From: an uncultured Alphaproteobacteria bacterium
GTDB lineage: Bacteria > Pseudomonadota > Alphaproteobacteria > Methylaequorales > Methylaequoraceae
Direction of reading: 5' to 3'
DNA length: 64,000 nt
Assembly (NCBI GenBank): GCA_902524895.1
Contig: CABZFH010000001.1
Location: 254,172-318,171, forward strand
The position numbers and the translations under genes are program-made. Positions 52,835 through 62,959 of the stretch are shown one piece after another (the stretch's first letter is position 1; every line of letters begins with the position of its first letter). The notes under the pieces are model-generated. The model searched no databases. It was not told where the DNA came from and worked only from the letters and a program-made list of their open reading frames with translations.

Positions 52835-53533
52835 TCACTTTTTATTGATTAAAATCCAAACTTTCAATAAATCAATAATACCTATCCAGAATCTATTATG
52901 GAAATTAAATTTAGACTTTCCTGATAACCTCGGTCTATCTTTTACCGGAACATTAATAACTTTTCCTTTTTTCTTTATAAATAATGCTGGAAGAAATCTA
53001 TGCATATTTTTAAAATAATCAATTGAAAGGTAATCTTTTCTATTAAAAACTTTTAAAGCACAAGCCGTATCATTGCAATGATCATTTAGCAAAAACTTTC
53101 TAAATTTATTTGCAAATTTTGAAGAAATTTTTTTTAAAAAATTGTCTTTTCTTTTAATCCTTTCTCCACAAATTAATAAAAATTCAGTTGATAAATTTTT
53201 TGGATCATACCAGCTGCTTATTAATTTTTTAATTTCTGAAGGAGGATTCTGTCCATCCCCGTCAATACAAGCAATTAGTTGGTTTTTAGCTTTTTTTATT
53301 CCAGTGAGCATCGCAGAGCATTTACCTAAATTTTTTTTATGTCTTTGCACAGAAATATTTTTTGAAAAGGTTAAATTTGAAAAATTTTTAAAAAACTCAT
53401 CTGTACTTCCATCATCTATAATTATGATCTCGGGATTTTGATTTTTGAGTTCTAGGTTTATTTCTTTAATCAATTTAAAAATAGATTCATTTTCATTGTA
53501 TATTGGAATAATTATGGTGAATTTTTGATTCAT
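52835..53533 (-). CDS. Glycosyltransferase family 2, polyprenyl-phosphate sugar synthase (ArnC/GtrB-like)
   Basis: 232 aa. IIIPIYNE; DDGSTD DxD region. Confidence 0.75.
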   Translation of the reverse strand: MNQKFTIIIPIYNENESIFKLIKEINLELKNQNPEIIIIDDGSTDEFFKNFSNLTFSKNISVQRHKKNLGKCSAMLTGIKKAKNQLIACIDGDGQNPPSEIKKLISSWYDPKNLSTEFLLICGERIKRKDNFLKKISSKFANKFRKFLLNDHCNDTACALKVFNRKDYLSIDYFKNMHRFLPALFIKKKGKVINVPVKDRPRLSGKSKFNFHNRFWIGIIDLLKVWILINKK

Positions 53534-55216
53534 AAAGTATTATGTGAATTTAATGAGCAGAAATGGATTTTAATAATGAAAAATTTAAAACTATCTGATA
53601 TTAAAATATTTTTTATTGTTTTGATATCATTAGTTGTTTTTTTACAAGGAATTTTTTTAATTCCTCCATTAGATAGAGACGAGTCAAGATTTGCGGCATC
53701 AACAAAAAATATGATTGAATCTGAAAACTATACCGATATTCGCTTAGAAAATGTTCCACGATATAAAAAACCCATTGGGATCTATTGGGCTCAAGCGATA
53801 TTTACTAAGTTTTTAGGAACTTCTCCTTACGATAAAATTTGGACATATAGATTCCCTTCTTTATTGGGCTTAATTCTTAGCATTATCTTGATTTACTTTA
53901 TTTGTAGAAAAATATTTAACCATGAAATTGCTATTTTGTCAGTCTTCTTTCTTTCTACATCTATGCTTTTTATATCTGAGATACATCAAGCTAAAACCGA
54001 TGGTTTTTTGTTTTTATTTATATCAATTTGTAACTTAATTATATTGAGTTCAATTAAAGATTTAAAAAATAAAAATAAAAATAAAAAATTAGTCAACCTT
54101 TACTGGACATCAATGGCAATCGGTGTATTGATCAAAGGACCGATTATAATCATTTTTACTATTTTACCATTGATTGTTTTTTCCCTAATCAGTAAGAATA
54201 TTAATTCATTAAAATATATTCATTCTTCTTTAGGGTATTTGATTTTTCTAATTTTGGTAGTACCTTGGCTCATTTTAATCACAATTAAATCTGATGGAAG
54301 TTTTTGGTACGAATCAGTTGTTAATGACTTATTCAAAAAAGTATACTCAGGTCAGGAATCTCATGGTTTTCCTCCTGGGTATTACACAATTCTCTTATTT
54401 ATTTTTTTCTGGCCAGGATGTATTTTTTTAATAGATACTTTTAAAATTTATTTTTCTCGTTTTAAAAAAAATATTATTAAGGATCAACAAAAACTTTTTT
54501 TATTTTGTTGTTTTTTTCCCTGCTTTTTCGTTTTTGAATTAATTCCAACAAAACTTCCGCATTATGTTTTTCCCTCATATCTTTCTTTAAGTATTTTGAT
54601 AAGTATTTCATTGTTTGATTATCTTAAAAAAGACACTTTTTTCAATTTTAAAACATTTATTGCTCATTCTATCTATCCTATTACTTTTATTTCAACTTTC
54701 ATTATATCCATATATATTTATTCGGTAATTACAATCAATGTTCTGTTAGTTTCTTTTTTGTTAAGTTTATTTTTTTTGTTAAGTTTGAATCAACTATTAA
54801 AAAAATCATTAGCAAAATTTTTGTTAGCAGCATCTTTTTTCCAAATCTCAGTGTACTTATCAATCGTATATGTCTTAAATCCAAATCTAAATATTTTTTG
54901 GATTTCAAAAACTATTAATCAAGTAACAACATATGAAAAAGACGCAGTTGGAATCTATCATTATGGTTATAACGAACCAAGTTTAGTTTTTCTCATGGGT
55001 CATAAGGCTAAAAGGCTTGAACCCGAAAAAATGTTGGAAAAATTTAATTCTGATGAAAAAAATATTTTTATCTTAACAGAGAAAAAAATGAACGAATTTT
55101 CAAAAAAAGATTATGAAAATCAAAAGTTTTATTTAATCAAAAGTTTTAAGGGATTTAATTATTCTCAAGGAAAGTATTTGAAGTTTTATATATTTAAGAA
55201 TTATGCAACACAGTAA
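53525..55216 (+). CDS. ArnT-like glycosyltransferase (GT83/GT39, PMT_2 family), lipid A or glycoconjugate glycosyltransferase
   Basis: 563 aa, polytopic. PPLDRDESRFAASTKNM and YKKPIGIYW motifs. True start probably the internal Met near 53576. Confidence 0.75.
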   Translation: MIHKVLCEFNEQKWILIMKNLKLSDIKIFFIVLISLVVFLQGIFLIPPLDRDESRFAASTKNMIESENYTDIRLENVPRYKKPIGIYWAQAIFTKFLGTSPYDKIWTYRFPSLLGLILSIILIYFICRKIFNHEIAILSVFFLSTSMLFISEIHQAKTDGFLFLFISICNLIILSSIKDLKNKNKNKKLVNLYWTSMAIGVLIKGPIIIIFTILPLIVFSLISKNINSLKYIHSSLGYLIFLILVVPWLILITIKSDGSFWYESVVNDLFKKVYSGQESHGFPPGYYTILLFIFFWPGCIFLIDTFKIYFSRFKKNIIKDQQKLFLFCCFFPCFFVFELIPTKLPHYVFPSYLSLSILISISLFDYLKKDTFFNFKTFIAHSIYPITFISTFIISIYIYSVITINVLLVSFLLSLFFLLSLNQLLKKSLAKFLLAASFFQISVYLSIVYVLNPNLNIFWISKTINQVTTYEKDAVGIYHYGYNEPSLVFLMGHKAKRLEPEKMLEKFNSDEKNIFILTEKKMNEFSKKDYENQKFYLIKSFKGFNYSQGKYLKFYIFKNYATQ

Positions 55217-55982
55217 AAAAGAGTTTAAACTCTTATTGTCAGTAAGGTTATTCTTTATTGTCGCTGTAACTACATTATTTTTTTTTCATTTTTTAGATTT
55301 GAAGATTTATTTATTTTCTAAAAATCTGAACGGATATTTCGCCTTATTCTTTATTAAAATAATTAACCCCATAGCAAAAATTTTTAATCCCTCAGTGATA
55401 TTTCCTATGGCTCTTTTAACTCTTATTTTGGCAAAAGATTTAAAAAAAGTTTTAAATAATCCGCAAAAACTTTCAACTGTAACAGAAAGGTTAGCAATAA
55501 AAAAACAAGTATTAATGAGTTCATTAGATTATTATTTATTAATAATAAAACACATTATTTTTTCAATCATTCTTTCTGGTCTCGTTTTACATATACTAAA
55601 ATACATTTTGGGTGTATCAAGACCGAAGTATTTTTTTAATTACGATTATGAAAGATATAATTTCTTTAATATTGAACATAAAGTTAATTCCTTACCTTCA
55701 GGTCACACACAGGCAGCTTTTACAATTGCAATTCTATTTATTTTATATTTTAATAGATACAATTTATTTTTTTTATTGCTAGCTGCATTTATTGGTATCT
55801 CAAGAGTTTTTATGTCTGCTCACTTTCCAAGTGACTTAATTATAGGAGCCTATATTGGAGCAGTTTTTCCAATAATTCTCTACAACTTAAAGTTTAAAAA
55901 GGATTTTTTAAGCTTCAAGGAGCAAAAATTAATTGACTTCAATGTTTTTTTAAAGTTGATTTGTATTAGGTTTTTTATATGA
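55203..55982 (+). CDS. PAP2-family membrane phosphatase (LpxE/LpxF-like candidate)
   Basis: 259 aa. PAP2 motifs KYILGVSRP, PSGHT, SRVFMSAHFPSD. Confidence 0.75.
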   Translation: MQHSKKEFKLLLSVRLFFIVAVTTLFFFHFLDLKIYLFSKNLNGYFALFFIKIINPIAKIFNPSVIFPMALLTLILAKDLKKVLNNPQKLSTVTERLAIKKQVLMSSLDYYLLIIKHIIFSIILSGLVLHILKYILGVSRPKYFFNYDYERYNFFNIEHKVNSLPSGHTQAAFTIAILFILYFNRYNLFFLLLAAFIGISRVFMSAHFPSDLIIGAYIGAVFPIILYNLKFKKDFLSFKEQKLIDFNVFLKLICIRFFI

Positions 55983-56311
55983 AATTTTTTTTTTCCAGTA
56001 TGGTCATATTTTTTTGTCTAAGTAATTTATCTTATGGTGGTCAGTGGTGTAAAGCTATTTATCCATACAGTGAGGAAGCTAGTGATGGAAAATTTAATAG
56101 ACAATTAAGTTTATGTAAAAATAGTGATAACTTGTTTATATCTATAAGTGATAAGTATATTAACTCATTACAGTTATTACATGCTTCTATAGCAAACTTT
56201 TGTGATCTTAACAGACAGGTTGTTAAATCAAGTTCACAAAAAGGTGACGAATCTTTTCATTCTGTAGCTTGTGTTTTTAAAAAACATACTTTAAGAAGAG
56301 AAAAAAACTAA
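55979..56311 (+). CDS. Hypothetical secreted protein (signal peptide, 4 Cys)
   Basis: 110 aa. No family recognised. Confidence 0.35.
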   Translation: MKFFFSSMVIFFCLSNLSYGGQWCKAIYPYSEEASDGKFNRQLSLCKNSDNLFISISDKYINSLQLLHASIANFCDLNRQVVKSSSQKGDESFHSVACVFKKHTLRREKN

Positions 56312-56729
56312 AATTTCTTTCTTTCTGTCGTTGTTAAAAGTATGTTAAATTTAATTTCTAACATTCGTTTAAATAGAGTAAAATCCCAAGCTAAAATTGG
56401 TTTTAGAAAAGACTTAGAAAATTTTCGAAATTCTGAGTTAATTCATAATGAAATATCTCAAGATAATTTGTTTTCTTCAGAATCATGGCTTAAAATATAT
56501 AGGTGACAATAAAGCCCTAACAGAGAGTAGAGCTTTATTGGAGGAAATTAAAATAGACTAAAGATTAACAGTAATAAAAAAATTGAGCCTAGACTTATAA
56601 CACCTATTTTTGTTATATACATATTAATCTCTAAGTTCACAATATATAGTTATCTTTTAGTATTGTCAAACTATATATAGATTATATCTCTTCATTTTTT
56701 TTTTAAAACTTAGTATTATTTTAAAAATA

Positions 56730-57998
56730 ATGAGGAAAAATTCTAAGATTGCAGTTATTGGAAGTGGAATAAGTGGTTTGTCAGCAGCTTGGTTACTATC
56801 TAAGTCTCACTCAGTAACAATTTATGAAAAAAATAATTATCTTGGCGGTCATTCCAACACTCAGAATATAAAAACTAAGTATGAAAATACGGATATATCA
56901 GTTGATACAGGGTTTATTGTTTTTAATGAATACAACTACAAACATCTTTGTTCTTTTTTCAAATTATTAAACGTTTCAACTTATGAAACAGATATGTCTT
57001 TTTCTGTATCTGTTGATAATGGATTATTTGAATATGGCGGTTCAAATTTGAGATCATTATTTGCACAAAAAACAAATTTTCTTAAAAAAGATTTTTGGAT
57101 TATGTTAATAGAAATAGTAAAATTTTATTATAAAGCAGAAATAGATAAATCAAAATACGGTAACTTAACTATAAATGACTATTTGACTAAAATGAAATAT
57201 TCTAATTTTTTTATTAAAAATCATTTGTTACCTATGGCGGCAAGTATTTGGTCTGCACCTACTGATGAAATAAAACAATTTCCTTTTCCTAACTTCGTTG
57301 AATTCTTTAAAAATCACGGTTTGTTAAATTTAATTAACAGACCAAAATGGAGGACTGTTGAAAACGGTAGCAGAGAATACGTGAAAAAAATCATCAGTGA
57401 ATCAAGATTTAAAATAAAAATTTCAGAGAGAGTCAAAAGTGTAGTGAGAGAAAATAAAGAAATAAAGATTATTTCGGAGTCTCATGAAGAAATGTTTGAT
57501 CATGTTATCTTTGCATGTCACTCAGATCAAAGCTTAAAAATTTTAGATAAACCAACTCAACATGAAGAATTAAATTTATTAAAAATTAGATACAAGAAAA
57601 ATATTGTATGGTTACATTCTGATGAAGAATTTATGCCAAAAAGAAAAAGTGTTTGGTCTAGTTGGAATTATATGAACAACAATGATAATAAAACAAATTC
57701 TTTGTCAGTTACATATTGGATGAATAATCTTCAGAACCTAAAAACGCGCGAAGATATATTTGTATCTTTAAATCCAATGAAAGAACCAAAAAGAGAAAAA
57801 GTTTACAAAAAGCTTATTTATTCACACCCATTATTTGATGCAAATACAATTTCAGGACAAAAAGGTTTACTTGACATTCAAGGAGAAAATAACACTTGGT
57901 TTTGTGGAGCGTATTTAGGAAATGGATTTCATGAAGACGGGATTAAATCGGGGTTATCTGTAGCAGAAAGTTTAGGGAAAAAAAAAAGACCATGGTAG
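56730..57998 (+). CDS. FAD/NAD(P)-binding amine-oxidase-like oxidoreductase (UfaD-like fatty-acyl desaturase candidate)
   Basis: 422 aa. N-terminal IAVIGSGISGLSAAWLL dinucleotide motif. First gene of the cfa-associated operon. Confidence 0.7.
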   Translation: MRKNSKIAVIGSGISGLSAAWLLSKSHSVTIYEKNNYLGGHSNTQNIKTKYENTDISVDTGFIVFNEYNYKHLCSFFKLLNVSTYETDMSFSVSVDNGLFEYGGSNLRSLFAQKTNFLKKDFWIMLIEIVKFYYKAEIDKSKYGNLTINDYLTKMKYSNFFIKNHLLPMAASIWSAPTDEIKQFPFPNFVEFFKNHGLLNLINRPKWRTVENGSREYVKKIISESRFKIKISERVKSVVRENKEIKIISESHEEMFDHVIFACHSDQSLKILDKPTQHEELNLLKIRYKKNIVWLHSDEEFMPKRKSVWSSWNYMNNNDNKTNSLSVTYWMNNLQNLKTREDIFVSLNPMKEPKREKVYKKLIYSHPLFDANTISGQKGLLDIQGENNTWFCGAYLGNGFHEDGIKSGLSVAESLGKKKRPW

Positions 57999-58753
57999 AT
58001 ATCAACTATGTAGATGACTGCATTTTTAATGGTAAGGTAACGCATAAAAGATTTTCTCCTTTTGAAAATGATTTTAAATATAGTTTGAAATATTTTTGGG
58101 TTGACATAAAAAGAAAAAAGGATTTATTTTTTTTTAAGTTTGATAAACCTTCGCTTTTAAGTTTTTATGATTTTGATCACGGAGAAATTAATAGAGACAA
58201 GAAAATTTCACTCTTTAAATATCTAAAAGATTATTTGAAAAAAGAAAGAATTTTTAACATTGATACCATAAAGGTTTTGTGTCTTCCAAGAATATTAAAT
58301 TATCAGTTTAATCCGATATCTGTATTTGTGGGGTACGATTTAAAAAAAAATCCTAAAGCTATAATTTTTCAAGTTTCAAACACATTCGGTGAGAGACACT
58401 CATATGTAAGTAAAATTGAAAAAAAAGTTTTTAAATCTAAAAAATTTTTCTATGTTTCTCCTTTTTTTGAGGTAAGTGGGAGTTATGAGTTAAAATTTAA
58501 GATTTCTAAAAAAAGTATACATTTAATTGTAATCTATAAAGAAAAAGAAAAACTCATATTTTTTGCTGATTTTCATGGTAAATCAGTAGAATTAAATAAC
58601 CTGAATTTATTAAAGGTGATAATTTTTAAACCATTTCAGAATATTAAAGCTACTTTAGGAATTTATTTTGAAGCATTGAAATTATGGATTAAAGGTGCAA
58701 TTTATTATAAGAAACCAAAAAAACCAAAAAAGTTTTTTTCTAAAATTAAATAG
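57992..58753 (+). CDS. DUF1365 family protein
   Basis: 253 aa. Canonical partner of the oxidoreductase and cfa in this conserved cluster. Confidence 0.6.
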   Translation: MVDINYVDDCIFNGKVTHKRFSPFENDFKYSLKYFWVDIKRKKDLFFFKFDKPSLLSFYDFDHGEINRDKKISLFKYLKDYLKKERIFNIDTIKVLCLPRILNYQFNPISVFVGYDLKKNPKAIIFQVSNTFGERHSYVSKIEKKVFKSKKFFYVSPFFEVSGSYELKFKISKKSIHLIVIYKEKEKLIFFADFHGKSVELNNLNLLKVIIFKPFQNIKATLGIYFEALKLWIKGAIYYKKPKKPKKFFSKIK

Positions 58754-58756
58754 AAA

Positions 58757-59944
58757 ATGAATATGGAATATAATGAAAAATCTTTTCAACTATTTTGTGG
58801 TATTTTATCTCAATCAAAATACGGTAGCATAAGTTTGTTGTATTTAGGCAAACAAATATTTCATTTTAAATCAAAAGAAATTGGACCTGTCGTAAAAGTT
58901 ATCATAAAGGATTTGAAGTGTATTGAAAATTTTTTTTTAAAGGGTGATCTCGGATGGGCAGAAAGTTATATTGATCAACTTTGGGAAACGAATGATTTGC
59001 CAGCTTTTTTAGAATGGGGGGCGAGAAATTTTCATTATTTTTCAGATTATATACGTGGTAAATGGTATGTAATATTATATTTGAGGTTCAAACATTACAT
59101 TAATAGAAATTCTAGGAAAGGGTCGCAACAAAATATTAAGTTCCATTACGATTTAGGAAATGATTTTTATAGAAGTTGGTTGGATAAATCAATGACTTAC
59201 AGTTCAGCAATTTTTAATAATGAAAATCAGAGTTTGTTTGATGCCCAAATAAATAAGTTTAAATTACTATCAGATTTGTGCGACATAAAATCTAATGACA
59301 ATGTATTAGAAATTGGTTCTGGCTGGGGGGCTTTTTCAATATTTTTAGCAAAAAATAAAGAAGCCAAAATAACTACGACCACAATTTCAAGAAAGCAATA
59401 TGAAGAGGTAAGAAAAAAGATATTTCTTGAAAAACTTGAGGGAAGAGTAAAAGTCTTGTTGACAGATTACAGAGATTTAAAAGGTAAATTTGACAAGATT
59501 GTATCAGTTGAAATGTTTGAAGCTGTAGGAGAAAAGTATTGGTCTCTTTATTTTAATATTTTGAATAAAATGCTCAAACCCAATGGAAAAATAGGACTAC
59601 AAACTATTGTAATCAAAGATAACTACTTTAAAAGTTATAAAAAATTTCCAGATTTTATTCAAACTCACATTTTCCCTGGAGGTATGTTACCCTCCATTTC
59701 AGCTTTAAACAATACAGTACAAAGCAATGGTTTAAAAGTTATCAAAAAGAATTTTTTTGGAGAACATTATGTAAAAACTCTAGTTAACTGGAGAAAATCG
59801 TTTGAGGCGTCATGGGATGAAATTAAATTACTTAACTTTGATTTAAACTTCAGAAGATTATGGAGATATTACTTAAGCTACTGTGAGGGAGGTTTTAGGT
59901 CAGGTAATATAAACGTAGGTCAATTTTTAATAAGTAAAGATTAA
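58757..59944 (+). CDS. cfa: Cyclopropane-fatty-acyl-phospholipid synthase family SAM-dependent methyltransferase
   Basis: 395 aa. SAM motif VLEIGSGWGAFSIFLA; CFA-synthase family core. Confidence 0.85.
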   Translation: MNMEYNEKSFQLFCGILSQSKYGSISLLYLGKQIFHFKSKEIGPVVKVIIKDLKCIENFFLKGDLGWAESYIDQLWETNDLPAFLEWGARNFHYFSDYIRGKWYVILYLRFKHYINRNSRKGSQQNIKFHYDLGNDFYRSWLDKSMTYSSAIFNNENQSLFDAQINKFKLLSDLCDIKSNDNVLEIGSGWGAFSIFLAKNKEAKITTTTISRKQYEEVRKKIFLEKLEGRVKVLLTDYRDLKGKFDKIVSVEMFEAVGEKYWSLYFNILNKMLKPNGKIGLQTIVIKDNYFKSYKKFPDFIQTHIFPGGMLPSISALNNTVQSNGLKVIKKNFFGEHYVKTLVNWRKSFEASWDEIKLLNFDLNFRRLWRYYLSYCEGGFRSGNINVGQFLISKD

Positions 59945-59947
59945 CTC

Positions 59948-61240
59948 TTGAAGAAAAATTTTTTGAAAAAAATTTTATATTGCTCTCCAGCATTTCCTTT
60001 TGCAATCCCTACTTTTCCTATAATGATTTTATTACCAGAAATATATGTGGTTAACTATGGGTTAGATTTTGCAATCGTTGGGTTAACTTTATTTTTAGCT
60101 AAACTTATAGATATTTTTTCGGATCCATTCATGGGCTGGATATGTGACGTGAGAATCTTATCCAGAAAACAATGGGTAGTTATTGGCTCACTAATCTCAG
60201 GAGTATCATTTTATTACCTAATTTCACCACAAGGGATTCCGAGCTACCTATACTTATTTATTTGGATTTCACTTTTATATCTTGGATATACTATGTTTCA
60301 GGTTCCTTACTTATCTATAGGATATGATTTGGAAAATGATTATGAGCAAAGAACGAGGCTAAGTGCAGGAAGAGAGTTCTTCGTGTTATTAGGGTTATTA
60401 ACCTCGGTTTCATTGCCAGTACTATTTAATGAAAGTGATATAGACTCTGAAGATTTTTTATTGTTTTTAGCAATAGTTTCTGGTTGTCTGACAATCACTA
60501 TTTTTTCTTTTTTTGTTAAAGAAAATATAAACTTTAAAAATGACAAACTCAAAATACTCAAATCTTTAAATGAAATAAGGAAAAATAAATATTTTTTAAA
60601 ATTAATTTTCCCATGGTTTATCAATTGTTTAGCTAATTCATTTCCAATGATACTCTTTGTTTTTTTTGTCTCTTCAATTTTGAATGGAACAGAAAACGAA
60701 AAAGAATTTATTCTTTTTCTATATTTTTTGTCTGCACTTTTAGGAATGATTTTTTGGATTTATTTAGTCAAATTTTTAGAAAAGAATAAGATTTGGAGAC
60801 TATCAATTTTCTTATCCTCAATATTTTTTTCTTTAGTTTTCTTTCTTAATAGCGGAGATATATTTTTCTTTATGATAATTTCTTGTCTAACTGGTCTGTG
60901 TTTAGGTGCAGATCTCGCGGTGCCGCCTTCAATATTATCAGACGTTACCGATTATCACAAAAATAAATTTAATAAAGATATTTCAGGAGTTTTATTTTCT
61001 ATATTAATATTTATCAATAAAATTACTTTTGCTATTGCAACACTGATAGCTTTTAGTTTAATGGATTTGTTTAATTACGATGTTCAGGCTGATAATACGA
61101 CTTCAGCAAAAAATATATTAATTTTCATGTATGCAGGTATACCAATAATTTTAAAGCTGATAATCTTTTATTCTTTAAGAGAGTTTGATCTTTCAAAAAA
61201 AGCTGTGGAAAAACTAAATAAAAATCTTTATGGTAATTAA
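59948..61240 (+). CDS. MFS transporter, GPH (glycoside-pentoside-hexuronide)-like family
   Basis: 430 aa, 12 TM. LIDIFSDPFMGWICD motif. Confidence 0.7.
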   Translation: MKKNFLKKILYCSPAFPFAIPTFPIMILLPEIYVVNYGLDFAIVGLTLFLAKLIDIFSDPFMGWICDVRILSRKQWVVIGSLISGVSFYYLISPQGIPSYLYLFIWISLLYLGYTMFQVPYLSIGYDLENDYEQRTRLSAGREFFVLLGLLTSVSLPVLFNESDIDSEDFLLFLAIVSGCLTITIFSFFVKENINFKNDKLKILKSLNEIRKNKYFLKLIFPWFINCLANSFPMILFVFFVSSILNGTENEKEFILFLYFLSALLGMIFWIYLVKFLEKNKIWRLSIFLSSIFFSLVFFLNSGDIFFFMIISCLTGLCLGADLAVPPSILSDVTDYHKNKFNKDISGVLFSILIFINKITFAIATLIAFSLMDLFNYDVQADNTTSAKNILIFMYAGIPIILKLIIFYSLREFDLSKKAVEKLNKNLYGN

Positions 61241-61784
61241 TAATATGAGGGTCATTTATAAATATGTTTTATTAATTGCTTTTTTAACTCTAAACAGTTG
61301 TACTCAAAAAATGGATATTAATAAGTTTTCTTTAAATGAACCAAAATTAGTTCTAGAAAATTATTTTAGTGGTAGTTTGGAAGCCTGGGGGCTATTTCAT
61401 GACAGATTCGGTAATCTTAAACGACAGTTTAGAGTCAAAATAGTTGGAAAGATCAATGATCAAAGTCAACTCGTACTAGATGAGAGTTTTTTGTATGACG
61501 ATGGGGAAACAGAAAATAGAGTATGGACGATTGATATATTAGGAGATGGAAAATATCAAGGAAGGGCTGACGATGTAATTGGTGTTGCAAATGGCATTGC
61601 TGTAGGAAATGCTCTTAATTGGAAATATGAACTTTTGTTAAATGTTAAAGATAACAAAATAAAAGTTAGTTTTGATGATTGGATGTTTCTTCAGGATAGA
61701 AATATTTTAATTAACCGTGCAGAAGTAAAAAAATTTGGGATTAATATTGGAGTGGTAACAATTACATTTCTCAAAACGAATTAG
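61230..61784 (+). CDS. DUF3833 lipoprotein
   Basis: 184 aa. Lipobox LNSC. DUF3833 is a typical member of cfa clusters. Confidence 0.6.
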   Translation: MVINNMRVIYKYVLLIAFLTLNSCTQKMDINKFSLNEPKLVLENYFSGSLEAWGLFHDRFGNLKRQFRVKIVGKINDQSQLVLDESFLYDDGETENRVWTIDILGDGKYQGRADDVIGVANGIAVGNALNWKYELLLNVKDNKIKVSFDDWMFLQDRNILINRAEVKKFGINIGVVTITFLKTN

Positions 61785-61785
61785 T

Positions 61786-62184
61786 TTAATAATGAAATCT
61801 TCTAAATAAACTGCCTATAATAGGTAATTTACAATAAAAATTTTTTCCGCTGTCCCAATAATCGATATGTTGAATAACTTTATTTTTTGATATTTTAATT
61901 TCACTCATTCCGTCGAAAGAAAATTTTTTTTTATAAATTCCTGAGAATTTCCATTTTATAAAGAAAGTACCTTTATCTTGCATGCAATTTTTTATTTCAA
62001 ATTTTGGAGAGATTATCTTTTTGAACAAATCATTGAGTAAATAATGATACTCTTTTTTTCCTTTAATAATATTAAAAGAATCTTCAAATAAGAAATTTTC
62101 GTCAACACACTCAACCAAAGAATCAATATTACTCTTATTGATTTCCATAAAACATCTTATGTATTTTTTTATTATTTTATTCAT
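61786..62184 (-). CDS. SnoaL-like / NTF2-fold family protein
   Basis: 132 aa. Small alpha+beta protein. Context with an SDR. Confidence 0.45.
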   Translation of the reverse strand: MNKIIKKYIRCFMEINKSNIDSLVECVDENFLFEDSFNIIKGKKEYHYLLNDLFKKIISPKFEIKNCMQDKGTFFIKWKFSGIYKKKFSFDGMSEIKISKNKVIQHIDYWDSGKNFYCKLPIIGSLFRRFHY

Positions 62185-62959
62185 ATTGTTTTTTGATATT
62201 TTTTAAAAATTGTTTCATCAGAAAAAAATATAAACTATTAGGCAGTATTTTTAAGAACTTCATTGGAATTATTAGTCTTTTAGGAAATGAAATTTCAAAT
62301 TTTTTCGAGAATATACCGTTAAATATTCTTCTTGCTGCTTCTTCTGGAGACATTAAAAAAGGCATAAAAAATTCATTTTTGTCAGTCATTGGAGTCTTTA
62401 CAAAACCAGGATGAACTACTTGTACAAAAATATTTGTACTTCGTAACTCTAAATATAAAGATTCAGCCAAGAAGGTTAGCGCGGATTTTGTTACTCCATA
62501 AATTCCTGAGTTTGGCAGCCCCCTGAATCCAGCAGGAGATGAAATAAAAACTATTTGACCGAAACCTTGAATTTTCATTTGAGACAAAGCGTATTTCAAA
62601 CAGTTAACTTGACCCATCAAATTTGTATTAATAACGTTTTTTATAGAATCGGTTTTTTCAAAGTTTAAATGTCCTGGATTATATGAAGCAGCGTTAAGAA
62701 CAATAAGATCAATTTTTTTAAAAAGTGACTTAATTTTATTAAAAACTAAATTACATTCTTTCTCACTTGTTATATCAAGTGAGTAAACATGAATATTTGA
62801 TTTTTTGAAATTTTGTACCTCTTTAAGTTTCTTTATTCTTCTACCACTGATAATAACATCCCAACCTTTGGCAACTAATCTTTTAGTTAGTTCAGAACCA
62901 ATACCAGTGCCACCCCCTGTTATCCAAGCAACTTTTTTATTTTTCATGATATTCATCAA
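62177..62959 (-). CDS. Short-chain dehydrogenase/reductase (SDR) family oxidoreductase
   Basis: 260 aa. TGGGTGIGSEL cofactor motif; YxxxK. Confidence 0.85.
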   Translation of the reverse strand: MMNIMKNKKVAWITGGGTGIGSELTKRLVAKGWDVIISGRRIKKLKEVQNFKKSNIHVYSLDITSEKECNLVFNKIKSLFKKIDLIVLNAASYNPGHLNFEKTDSIKNVINTNLMGQVNCLKYALSQMKIQGFGQIVFISSPAGFRGLPNSGIYGVTKSALTFLAESLYLELRSTNIFVQVVHPGFVKTPMTDKNEFFMPFLMSPEEAARRIFNGIFSKKFEISFPKRLIIPMKFLKILPNSLYFFLMKQFLKNIKKQYE

